A DNA stretch of 32,000 nucleotides, from NCBI RefSeq assembly GCF_900083515.1, contig NZ_LT671858.1:510001-542000 (forward strand), read 5' to 3'. Positions 1 through 8,739 of the stretch are shown piece by piece. How positions within the stretch are numbered: position 1 is the first letter of the stretch; every line of letters starts with the position of its first letter. Both the position numbers and the translations under genes were made by a program. A model generated the notes under the pieces. The model did not search any database, was not told the DNA's origin, and was given only the letters and a program-made list of their open reading frames with translations. The stretch is from Cuniculiplasma divulgatum. Its GTDB lineage: Archaea; Thermoplasmatota; Thermoplasmata; Thermoplasmatales; Thermoplasmataceae.

Positions 1-945
1 AATCAGCCTAGTAAGAAAGGAATTACCATTGTAGCGGGTACCTTTGGGCATCTGCATAAAGGTCATAAGGCCCTTCTGATGAGAGCTATTTCCACAAAAA
101 AATTCATTATCGTTGGAATAACATCTGATGAATATGTGAAAAAGACCAAAAATTATAATGTGAGAGATTACAAATCAAGAAGTGATTCTGTATATAAGTT
201 TCTCAGAGAGAAGAATGCAAATTTTACCATTAAGCCAATAGAAAATAATTCTGGCGATGCTGATAAAAATAAGGATTATACTGATATTATAGTATCTAAG
301 GAAACAGAAGGAAGTGCCAGAATTTTAAACAATAAAAGATTGAAAAATGGGCTAAAACCAATGCATATACATACGGTAAACACAAAAATTGCAAATGACT
401 TTTTTGTTTTAAGTTCGTCAAGAATTGATAGTGGCGAGATAGACGAGGAAGGAAAAAGGCTCAATCCCTTAAGAGTTTCAATTATCCTATCTAAGAATAT
501 CCAAAAAGCATACAGGGATTCAATTTTAAGATCGGTTTTTAAAAATTCTCCAATTTCAAGTAGCATAGAAGTTAAAAATTCAGAAATATTTCCAGACTTT
601 TCAGATTTTAAACGAACAAACAGCGGTAAAATAATGGATTTTGATTACCTGATTTTGATTTCTGAGGGCATCCTGCCCTATAGTAGGGGTTCTAGAAATA
701 AGGTTTGTGTGCGAAGTTTTATTATTGACAAATACGGCACAGTAGGTGAGGGGATAAGTAGCTCTATTGAAATGCCAGAACAATTCTATTCAGCCTTTGT
801 AAGGGGCAGCGATAAATTAAATATATTTAATCTGGAAAGCAGAGGATATTTCAGTAAAATGATTTTAGAGTCAGTAAAAAGCAGTTTGCAGTGCAGGACT
901 AAGCCATGGGAATTTGGTGTATTTGATAGGATACAATCGGTATAA
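1..945 (+). CDS. coaD: Phosphopantetheine adenylyltransferase (archaeal/eukaryotic cytidylyltransferase type). The 5' end is cut by the window edge. It carries a ~160-aa C-terminal domain of uncertain function.
   Basis: Frame 1 is open from nt 1 (NQPSKKGITIVAGTFGHLHKGHKALL...), so the GxFxxxHxGH nucleotidyltransferase motif lies upstream of the first ATG at 79. IVSKETEGSARILNNKRLKNGLKP matches the archaeal PPAT 'vSxET..a..iN..R' block. Stop TAA at 943-945. Confidence 0.75.
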   Translation, partial: NQPSKKGITIVAGTFGHLHKGHKALLMRAISTKKFIIVGITSDEYVKKTKNYNVRDYKSRSDSVYKFLREKNANFTIKPIENNSGDADKNKDYTDIIVSKETEGSARILNNKRLKNGLKPMHIHTVNTKIANDFFVLSSSRIDSGEIDEEGKRLNPLRVSIILSKNIQKAYRDSILRSVFKNSPISSSIEVKNSEIFPDFSDFKRTNSGKIMDFDYLILISEGILPYSRGSRNKVCVRSFIIDKYGTVGEGISSSIEMPEQFYSAFVRGSDKLNIFNLESRGYFSKMILESVKSSLQCRTKPWEFGVFDRIQSV

Positions 946-991
946 AAAAACAATAGACATATTAATGTGAATTTAATGTTTAAACGATAAT

Positions 992-1288
992 ATGGTTACC
1001 AAAGAAGAAATATTGGAAGCCCTTCAGGCTGTAGAGGACCCTGAAATAGGAATGGATGTGGTTAATCTAGGTCTAGTATACGATGTCCAGATCAACAAAG
1101 ATAATGTTTACATAAAAATGACTATGACTGCACCAACATGCCCTGTAACTCCCTGGATTCTATCTGAAGTCCAAAAAATAGTAGAAAACATGGCCGGTGT
1201 TGAAATGGCAGATGTAGAGCTCGTTTGGGAACCACCATGGAATCCATCAATGATGTCTGAGGTTGCCAGAGATGCTCTCAATATGTAA
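992..1288 (+). CDS. DUF59/MIP18-family Fe-S cluster assembly protein (SufT/PaaD-like)
   Basis: 98 aa. EEILEALQAVEDPEIGMDVVNLGLVYDV...MTMTAPTCPV is the typical DUF59 N-terminal block with the conserved Cys (TAPTCP). Confidence 0.85.
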   Translation: MVTKEEILEALQAVEDPEIGMDVVNLGLVYDVQINKDNVYIKMTMTAPTCPVTPWILSEVQKIVENMAGVEMADVELVWEPPWNPSMMSEVARDALNM

Positions 1289-1291
1289 GTT

Positions 1292-1576
1292 CTATGACTT
1301 TACTCCATTTTTATCCTTGAGTCTTTTTATGTCTGCTGCCCATAAATGAGCTCTGCACACTGTGATTTGCATATCATTTATGTACAAGGTGGATGTTGTC
1401 ATTGCAGTTTTTTTGTAGGACAAATGATCTATATTCTCTATAGGTACCCTTATCTGATCACCCTTTCTTGGGGTATATATAAGACCCTCATCTGTTAACT
1501 TCAGAACACCTTTAGTATCATTTAAGATCGCAAGATCGACGCGCACAGGATTATCTGTTTTTTTCACATCGCTCAT
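1292..1576 (-). CDS. Hypothetical small protein (94 aa), beta-rich and possibly PH-like
   Basis: Clean ORF with an ATG start that fills the gap between the DUF59 gene and tbp, divergent from tbp. I recognise no family. Confidence 0.45.
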   Translation of the reverse strand: MSDVKKTDNPVRVDLAILNDTKGVLKLTDEGLIYTPRKGDQIRVPIENIDHLSYKKTAMTTSTLYINDMQITVCRAHLWAADIKRLKDKNGVKS

Positions 1577-1704
1577 ATGTAATGCATACTATAACAAACT
1601 TCAATATAGAACTACTGCTAAAAATTAATTGAGCTTCCTGGTAATACGAATAAAAAACAAGATGTCATATCATCCTTGACTGTCATAGTATAAAAAATGT
1701 TATC

Positions 1705-1714
1705 TTTATATATA
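1705..1714 (+). promoter_or_regulatory. TATA-box-like element upstream of tbp
   Basis: TTTATATATA is centred about 32 nt upstream of the ATG at 1741. This fits an archaeal promoter with a very short leader. Confidence 0.35.
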
Positions 1715-1740
1715 GTTTAAATATAAGAGATTTGGTTTTT

Positions 1741-2295
1741 ATGAGTGAAAGAGAAAAAATCAACATCGAGAACATAGTCGCATCAACATCACTGGCTGAA
1801 CACCTCGATCTGAGCAAAATAGCATTGGCACTGGAAGGGTCAGAATATGAGCCAGAACAGTTTCCAGGATTGATTTACAGATTGAAGGAACCTAAAACTG
1901 CTGTCCTGATTTTCAGGAGCGGAAAAGTAAATTGTACAGGAGCAAAAAATCTTACTAATGTAAGATTGACCATTCAGACAATTATCTCTACCCTGAAAAA
2001 GGCCGGGATAGAAGTTTATGATTCTCCAGAGATAGTGGTTCAGAATATCGTAGCGGTATACGATCTTGAGGCAGATCTGAACCTTACACAGATAGCCATG
2101 TCCCTTGGTCTTGAAAATGTGGAATACGAACCGGAGCAATTTCCCGGTCTTGTATACAGAGTTGAAGAACCCAAAGTAGTACTGCTTCTTTTCGGTTCAG
2201 GAAAGGTAGTGTGCACAGGGGCAAAGGAAGAAAGCGAGATTGAACAGGCAGTAATAAAGGTCAAAAAGGAATTACAGAAAGTCGGTTTAATCTGA
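1741..2295 (+). CDS. tbp: TATA-box-binding protein
   Basis: Two internal repeats each carry EYEPEQFPGL(I/V)YR...(I/L)LLF.SGK(V)(N/V)CTGAK, the TBP signature. The ATG at 1741 is preferred over the TTG at 1732 given in the track. Confidence 0.95.
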   Translation: MSEREKINIENIVASTSLAEHLDLSKIALALEGSEYEPEQFPGLIYRLKEPKTAVLIFRSGKVNCTGAKNLTNVRLTIQTIISTLKKAGIEVYDSPEIVVQNIVAVYDLEADLNLTQIAMSLGLENVEYEPEQFPGLVYRVEEPKVVLLLFGSGKVVCTGAKEESEIEQAVIKVKKELQKVGLI

Positions 2296-3468
2296 TTTGA
2301 AAACCTGATCGAGGAGGGATGTAGCATAAATCCCCCTTCCCAGTGAAAATTTTAGTAGATCTGTTCCGTTGGTGCTGAAATTAATTGGTCTAAACCCAAT
2401 ACTACGATAGTTCCCCTTAGAAGAAAGCTCATTTTTCTCTTCTATTTTGAAGTCTGAAAATTTCAGATCATCTTCAATCATTACTCTCCTTATAATATCT
2501 CCAGGAATTCCATCTTGATTTTTTGTTTCGGTCCCAATTAGTGGGGCAAGTGGGGCAATCTTACCTGCTTTGGCCAAATCCTGCATTCTTTCAATGTTGA
2601 ATTCGTTGACCAGTATGATCTTATCCTCGTCTATGTTGTAAAACTCGTCCACAGGGCTGATAAAATCTCCTGAGAATATCTCAAATGGATTTTCCGTTAA
2701 TTCTTTCCTATAATTAAGAATTTTATTGAATAGATATGACTGATAGGCGTGTATAAACATTATTCTCAGGCTTTTAGGCAGAGAATCAAAACTCTGATCA
2801 TAGCTTTTCCCTGAAACGAGTTCCGACATGAGTGCCCTCTCAAACTGTAGATGTTCAGGATAATTCTTGAGCCCAGATGCATAATCCCAGTTTTCTCCAA
2901 GTTTTACTCTAAAATCCTCATTATCTATCTCTGGATCGAAGAGATACTCTTTAACTGCATTCTCGATGCCATTTTTTACAATTTCCCTTCCCACCTTGTG
3001 AGTATTATACCTTATGGTTCCAAATCGTTGAATGCCAAAAAAGTTCCAGAAACCTTTATTTCTAGATATCTCATCGATCCTTTTAGCAGCATTTTCAACT
3101 GTCATTTCAGAATCAGATACTCTGATCTCGAATCTGTTACCCTTTAGATCTCCAAGGTTGAGTGGTTTATCAACATAGAAGGATTCTTCCACCTCACAAT
3201 CCTTAATTCTTATCTGATCAGCATTAACGGATCCATTTATGCAGAAATATTGAGTAGTTATGGCTCTTTTGTCCTTGGTACCGGCAAATGTAATACGTTT
3301 CCTGCTCATGCCAAGATATCTGGCAAGATGCGTAACAAAGTGGTTTGTTTCCCAGTTTGTCAGAACTACTTTTAATATAGTATATTTTCCATTTTCAACT
3401 CGCTTTAAATCATTTGGTATCTCCTCAACAATAAAATCCTGAGGATTTACCTTAATAGTATAACTCAT
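2287..3468 (-). CDS. truD: tRNA pseudouridine(13) synthase TruD
   Basis: 393 aa. The N-terminus has the DFIVEE motif and the catalytic FAGTKDKRAITTQ block (GxKD) of the TruD/Pus7 family. The 3' end overlaps the tbp 3' end by 9 nt. Confidence 0.9.
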   Translation of the reverse strand: MSYTIKVNPQDFIVEEIPNDLKRVENGKYTILKVVLTNWETNHFVTHLARYLGMSRKRITFAGTKDKRAITTQYFCINGSVNADQIRIKDCEVEESFYVDKPLNLGDLKGNRFEIRVSDSEMTVENAAKRIDEISRNKGFWNFFGIQRFGTIRYNTHKVGREIVKNGIENAVKEYLFDPEIDNEDFRVKLGENWDYASGLKNYPEHLQFERALMSELVSGKSYDQSFDSLPKSLRIMFIHAYQSYLFNKILNYRKELTENPFEIFSGDFISPVDEFYNIDEDKIILVNEFNIERMQDLAKAGKIAPLAPLIGTETKNQDGIPGDIIRRVMIEDDLKFSDFKIEEKNELSSKGNYRSIGFRPINFSTNGTDLLKFSLGRGIYATSLLDQVFKSD

Positions 3469-3474
3469 GCTAGT

Positions 3475-4584
3475 TCAGATGTATGTTTTTATTATCTTGT
3501 AGTTGTTGTCTCTTTCTACAGGGATCATACCAATACTCTTTATTGATCGTATAATAGTTTCTTTTCTGAGATTACCTACCTGTTTACCTGTGGCTGGAAT
3601 AACCCTTTCATCATATATGGTACCTCCCCAGTCATTTGCCCCAAACATTAGGGCAATTTGTCCCATTTCAACTCCATTGGTGAGCCATGAGGACTGAATT
3701 ATTGGAATGTGCCTGTTAAGCACTATTCTTGATATAGCAATATTTCTTAGAACCTCTTCTCCACCAACCCTGCTGGTAACTAAACCTTCTCTCTCAAGTT
3801 CTGTATTTCCTGGTTCAAAATTCCATGGGGTGAAAGAAAGGAACCCATTGTATTTTAACTGTAACTTTAGCAATGATAGAAGATGGTCTGCCTTGTGATA
3901 GCTATTTTCAACATGACCAAACATCATGGTAGAGCTTGTCTTTATGCCTATTCTGTGAGCAGTCTCCATAACATCAAGCCATTGCTGTCCACTGTGTGGT
4001 GGTCTTCTCAGTATCTTCCTTACATCATCTGCGAATATTTCAGCGCCGGCACCAGGAATTGTCTCCAATCCACTTTCGCGCAATGCTACGAGAACGTCCT
4101 CTACACTCATTTTCTCCTTCTTAGAAATGTAGGAAATTTCAGAGGTGGATAATCCATTTATTCCAATTTCAGGCACCATTTGTTTTATTGTCCTGAACAG
4201 ATTTGTGTAATATTCCAGACTGAGTTCAGGATTTACGCCTCCCTGTATAAGAAGTTGCCGAATCCCATAACTGTCATTGAATGTTTTAACCCTCTTGGCA
4301 ACATCAATTGCACTCATGGTATACGCATCCTCTTCCATCCCTGTTCTGTAAAATGCACAGAAGTTACATCTAACATTACATATGTTGGTGTAATTTAGGA
4401 TCATGTTTGATACAAAGGAAACCTGCCTTCCTGTAATAGAGTCAGTAATCTTCCTACCCAGAATTCCAAGCGTTTTTATATCAACCTCATCGTAAAGATA
4501 TGCAATTTCATCCCTATCAAGAATTTCTCCTCTTATGGCCCTCTCTGAAATTGAATCCATCTGAGACTTTTCAATTGATATCAT
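3475..4584 (-). CDS. mqnC: Radical SAM enzyme, MqnC-like (cyclic dehypoxanthinyl futalosine synthase)
   Basis: CNVRCNFCAF radical SAM motif, plus LLIQGG, TMMFGHVE, FTPWNF, IQSSWLTNG and GANDWGGT blocks as I recall them for MqnC rather than MqnE. The start is placed at Met18 (4584) because TGTTTATAAC lies about 30 nt upstream. Alternative starts are 4635 and 4560. Confidence 0.7.
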   Translation of the reverse strand: MISIEKSQMDSISERAIRGEILDRDEIAYLYDEVDIKTLGILGRKITDSITGRQVSFVSNMILNYTNICNVRCNFCAFYRTGMEEDAYTMSAIDVAKRVKTFNDSYGIRQLLIQGGVNPELSLEYYTNLFRTIKQMVPEIGINGLSTSEISYISKKEKMSVEDVLVALRESGLETIPGAGAEIFADDVRKILRRPPHSGQQWLDVMETAHRIGIKTSSTMMFGHVENSYHKADHLLSLLKLQLKYNGFLSFTPWNFEPGNTELEREGLVTSRVGGEEVLRNIAISRIVLNRHIPIIQSSWLTNGVEMGQIALMFGANDWGGTIYDERVIPATGKQVGNLRKETIIRSIKSIGMIPVERDNNYKIIKTYI

Positions 4585-5106
4585 AAATTTAGAATTGAAC
4601 TGGAGGTTATAAACAATTGTAAATATTATTATCATAGCAACTTAAAGGTTATTTTAAATACAGGGTTGATTATCTAATTGAATATTAAATTGAATCATAC
4701 AATCACCTAGCATTGCTTACTTATTTAATTTAAGATTTCTGAATAGGTAAACGCTCAAGCGGAGTTATATATTGAATATGCCCATCCATTTGAATACAGT
4801 TTACTTCAACTCGCTTAACATTTTATCAAAAGCAATATCTATTAAACAAATCAATCTTTAAGATTTCTGTGAATGATTTAACCAACTCTCTTACCGCAAA
4901 AATCTAAAATAACATGAAGTTACCAGATTGAGTTTTACCGTATTGTTCATAAGAACCCGGTTAAAAGATTGATTAAATGTTTCGGAATATAACTTGTGTA
5001 ATTACTACAATTTAAATTCTATAAAGGTTAAAATTTTCTATAAAAACTCAAAATTAAACTAGATACAATTTATTTTAAAAAAATTTTATTTGATACCAAG
5101 TAATCT

Positions 5107-6225
5107 ATGATTATCATGATAAATTCTTATGCTCAGGATTACTGGATTGATCTTCTGAAAGCAGGTCATAAACTGAATCGTCAGGAGGGAGCCGAATTAC
5201 TGGAGCAATTCAATATGCAGGAATTAATGTCCATGGCGGACAACCTTACAGATTATCAGGTCGGTAATACAGTAACATTTGCCGTATCATACAATATTAA
5301 CTATAGTAATTATTGCGCTGCCAGTTGTCCCATATGTGCTTTTTATGTACCAGCTAAAATTAAGGGAAAGACCGATAAGGGATATGAACTGTCCATAGAA
5401 GATATTAAAAGAGAACTTGAAAAAGCAAGACGGTATAATCCAACTGAAATTCATATTGTTGGAGGTTTCAATCCTTATCTTCCAATGGAATATTACGAAG
5501 ATGTATTCAGAACGGTTAAAAAATATATGCCAGAGGCAACTCTTAAAGCGCTTACTATTCCGGAGATCGACTTCATTGCAAGAACAACAGGCAACTCACT
5601 CAGGGAAACTGTAACGAGGTTTCATAATGCTGGAATGGAAGCACATACAGGTGGTGGTGCTGAAATATTTGATTCAGAGATCAGGAAAATAATGAGTACA
5701 AGTGAGAAGATCAGCGGTGAAAAATGGCTAGAGGATGCAAAGATCATTCACGAAATGGGAATCAAGGGAAACTCCACAATGACATATGGAAGTGTTGAAA
5801 ACTGGAGTCACATAATAGACCACATGGTCAGGCTAAGAGATCTACAGGCAACAACAGGCGGCTTCTTATCATTTATTCCATTGAAGTTCAGTCCTGAGAA
5901 TACACCCCTACTGAAGATGGGAAAAGTAACAGGACCTGCATCTGGTGAGAAGGATCTAAAGGTAATAGCACTGGCAAGAATGATAATGGGAAAGTGGATG
6001 AGAAATATTAGTGTATACTGGGTATCAATGGGCAAGGGAATAGGACAGATGGCACTTACTGGAGGTGGAAACGATCTGGTTGGAACGGCCATAAGTGAAA
6101 AGATATTCGGTGCCACAAATAGGCACGAAATGACCACTGTTGAAGAGCTAGGAAGACTTGTATCAGAAATAGGTAAAATACCAGCAAAAAGAGATACTTT
6201 CTACAACCTGAAGGGGTACTTTTGA
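5107..6225 (+). CDS. mqnE: Radical SAM enzyme, MqnE-like (aminofutalosine synthase)
   Basis: CAASCPICAF radical SAM motif, plus EIHIVGG, GGGAEIF, FIPLKF, YWVSMG and GGNDLVGT blocks resembling MqnE. Translationally coupled (TTGA overlap) to the mqnA-like gene. Confidence 0.65.
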   Translation: MIIMINSYAQDYWIDLLKAGHKLNRQEGAELLEQFNMQELMSMADNLTDYQVGNTVTFAVSYNINYSNYCAASCPICAFYVPAKIKGKTDKGYELSIEDIKRELEKARRYNPTEIHIVGGFNPYLPMEYYEDVFRTVKKYMPEATLKALTIPEIDFIARTTGNSLRETVTRFHNAGMEAHTGGGAEIFDSEIRKIMSTSEKISGEKWLEDAKIIHEMGIKGNSTMTYGSVENWSHIIDHMVRLRDLQATTGGFLSFIPLKFSPENTPLLKMGKVTGPASGEKDLKVIALARMIMGKWMRNISVYWVSMGKGIGQMALTGGGNDLVGTAISEKIFGATNRHEMTTVEELGRLVSEIGKIPAKRDTFYNLKGYF

Positions 6226-7001
6226 ACAGTTTAAGGTTAATTAATCTAATACACAGTGATCCACTGGACTATATTGCTACAGAAAAATTTGAAGTTTCCC
6301 GTAGTGATACAAGGAGTAATCTTAGAGACCTGCTATATGGAAAAGTAGATTATGCAATGATCTCACTCATTGACTACTTCAAGAACAGGAAATCACTGGT
6401 GCTTGTTGATGGACCTACAATATCTGGCAAGGGTAAATCAGATTCAAACCTACTCATATCAAATGGTAGTGATCCATTTCCAGGAATGAGAATTGCAGTA
6501 ACATCTGAAACAGAAACTACAGCATTCTTTCTGAAACTCATCCTCCAAAGACTGTATCCAGAGTCTGAGCTAATAAGAAGCAGGAACAACTCCGTTGGTA
6601 ATTTACTAAAGGAAGAAGATTTTGCTCTGGTAATAGGTAACAGAGCTCTTGACATATATAGAACAGATACAAAGATTATATTCGACATTACTCATATGAT
6701 CTCCAAGCTATTCAATATGCATTCAATTTATGCTGTAACTGTTAGTCTTAATGGCAGGGAATATGATGAAAATTTAGTTCAGTTGAAGAATATTCCAAGG
6801 TGGACAATAACCAGGGATTTAGAAAGGATATCAAAAGAACACAGTATGGATAAGAGCATCCTGGCTGAATACTATAACTCTCTCACATATGATCTGAACA
6901 ATTTGATGAAAAAAGAAATCCTTACTTTCATGAAATATTACGATGAAATCAGTGATGACATATTCCTTGAAAATATCGATGAGAACTCTATTAGAAAATA
7001 G
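6222..7001 (+). CDS. mqnA: MqnA-like chorismate dehydratase (VitK2 biosynthesis / PBP-like fold), divergent
   Basis: LRLINLIHSDPLDY, GKVDYAMISLIDY and VTSETETTAFFLKLILQRLYP resemble the MqnA blocks (g.i.ylN..P; lD.alip; S.TS..Ll.ill). The TTG start overlaps the mqnE stop, so the start is uncertain. Confidence 0.55.
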   Translation: MNSLRLINLIHSDPLDYIATEKFEVSRSDTRSNLRDLLYGKVDYAMISLIDYFKNRKSLVLVDGPTISGKGKSDSNLLISNGSDPFPGMRIAVTSETETTAFFLKLILQRLYPESELIRSRNNSVGNLLKEEDFALVIGNRALDIYRTDTKIIFDITHMISKLFNMHSIYAVTVSLNGREYDENLVQLKNIPRWTITRDLERISKEHSMDKSILAEYYNSLTYDLNNLMKKEILTFMKYYDEISDDIFLENIDENSIRK

Positions 7002-7087
7002 CTATTTTTTTATAATATTGGTAAAGCGAGAAGGAAACCTTGTATAAGTTTATAAAGTTTTAAATATTCATATTTTCTAACTCCAAC

Positions 7088-8542
7088 ATGTATACAGAAA
7101 AACTTTCTAAAGCAAAGGAAGGATTAACTTTTGACGATGTACTTGTAATGCCAAGAAGATCACCTATTGAACCAAGAGAAACAGAGATAAAAAGTGTGTT
7201 TTCAAAGCGTATTAAACTCAACACTCCCATCATATCTTCTCCAATGGATACCGTGACTGAATGGGAAATGGCCGTAGCAATGTCAAGAATCGGTGGAATA
7301 GGAATTATACATAGAAACATGTCAAGAAATGAAGAAGCGACCATGGTAAGAAGGGTAAAGAGAGCAGAATCACTTATAATTAGAAACGTTCACACCATAG
7401 ATCAGGAAACTCCAATTAGTGTTGCAAGAAATATAATGGAGACAAAGGGAATAGCTGGATTTCCAGTCGTTGTTGGAGAAAAACTTGTTGGTATTGTTAC
7501 AAAAAGAGACATGGAATTTTCTGAAAGGAAAGAGGGAAAGGTAAAAGAAATCATGACAAAAGACGTGGTCTTTGCTGAGGACAATATTGACCCTGAAGAA
7601 GCGAGGAAAATCCTTTATGATCACAGAATAGAAAAGCTTCCGCTGGTTGATAAATATCACAAGGTAGTCGGGTTGATAACTTCAAAAGACATAACTACAA
7701 GACACAAATTTCCTCTGGCTTCCAGAGATGATAAAGGTCAGCTGATGGTAGGTGCAGCAGTAGGGCCTTTTGATATCGATAGGGCAACACTTATGGAGAA
7801 AGAAGGTGCTGATGTTATAGTTATTGACACTGCACATGCACATAATGAAAACGTATTGACAGCCATAAAAAAACTGAAAAAGGAATTATCAGTAGATATT
7901 GTGGTGGGAAACATTGCAACAGCAGATGCAGCAAAAGATCTGATTTCCTGTGAAGTGGACGGCCTAAAGGTAGGTATTGGTCCAGGTTCTATATGCACAA
8001 CAAGGGTGGTTGCAGGTATCGGCGTTCCGCAAATAACAGCCATTGGGGATGTAGCAGATGTTGCCTCTGAATTTGGTGTACCGGTTATTGCAGATGGTGG
8101 AATTAGGTTTTCCGGAGATATAGTTAAGGCAATAGCTGCAGGCGCAGATTGCGTTATGCTTGGTTCATTATTAGCAGGTACAGACGAGAGCCCGGGAAAC
8201 GAAATGATAATTAACGGGAGAAAATATAAAACCTACAGAGGAATGGGTTCTATGGGGGCCCTTAGCAAAGGCTCTGACAGATACGGTAAATTTTCGGGAA
8301 GTAAGTTTGTGGCCGAGGGTGTTGAGGGTGCTGTTCCATATAGAGGAAAGGTAGAAGAGGTAGTGTATCAGCTTTCTGGTGGAATAAGGGCAGGTATGGG
8401 TTATGCAGGATGCAGGAACGTTCAGGAACTGAAACAGAAAACATCATTTGTGAGAATAACCAATAATGGATTAACAGAAAGCCATCCGCACGACATAAGG
8501 GTTGTTTCTGAGCCTCCAAACTATCAACTATTTCAGAACTGA
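7088..8542 (+). CDS. guaB: Inosine-5'-monophosphate dehydrogenase with CBS pair
   Basis: 484 aa. LTFDDVL(V)MP at the N-terminus, catalytic GIGPGSICTTR loop, VIADGGIRFSGD, and GYAGC near the C-terminus. Confidence 0.97.
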   Translation: MYTEKLSKAKEGLTFDDVLVMPRRSPIEPRETEIKSVFSKRIKLNTPIISSPMDTVTEWEMAVAMSRIGGIGIIHRNMSRNEEATMVRRVKRAESLIIRNVHTIDQETPISVARNIMETKGIAGFPVVVGEKLVGIVTKRDMEFSERKEGKVKEIMTKDVVFAEDNIDPEEARKILYDHRIEKLPLVDKYHKVVGLITSKDITTRHKFPLASRDDKGQLMVGAAVGPFDIDRATLMEKEGADVIVIDTAHAHNENVLTAIKKLKKELSVDIVVGNIATADAAKDLISCEVDGLKVGIGPGSICTTRVVAGIGVPQITAIGDVADVASEFGVPVIADGGIRFSGDIVKAIAAGADCVMLGSLLAGTDESPGNEMIINGRKYKTYRGMGSMGALSKGSDRYGKFSGSKFVAEGVEGAVPYRGKVEEVVYQLSGGIRAGMGYAGCRNVQELKQKTSFVRITNNGLTESHPHDIRVVSEPPNYQLFQN

Positions 8543-8553
8543 ACATACTTCCA

Positions 8554-8597
8554 TTTTTTAGTTTGGATTCTTTTCTGTATTTTTACTTTTTTTCTTT
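8554..8597 (+). terminator. T-rich tract downstream of guaB (putative archaeal oligo-T terminator)
   Basis: Several runs (TTTTTT, TTTT, TTTTT, TTTTTTT) directly after the guaB stop. Confidence 0.3.
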
Positions 8598-8697
8598 AGG
8601 ATTTAAAAAAGGTGGAAATGGTTCATAAATGCAATTTAAATAAAAAAAGATTTATAATTAGTGCGTTGAAAAATAAAACATTTAAATAACAAAAACA

Positions 8698-8710
8698 TTT
8701 ATATATATAT
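8698..8710 (+). promoter_or_regulatory. TATA-box-like element upstream of the secreted-protein gene
   Basis: TTTATATATATAT lies about 35 nt upstream of the ATG at 8740. The GTG at 8725 in the track would sit at or before the expected transcription start. Confidence 0.35.
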
Positions 8711-8739
8711 CAGTTAACATTTATGTGATATCAAAAAAT

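Noticed and set aside
2287-2295. Convergent 3'-end overlaps (tbp/truD at 9 nt, hydrolase/CN-hydrolase at 18792-18821 at 30 nt) as possible antisense regulation
   Set aside because: Short convergent overlaps are common in compact archaeal genomes. Nothing else in the sequence suggests a regulatory role.
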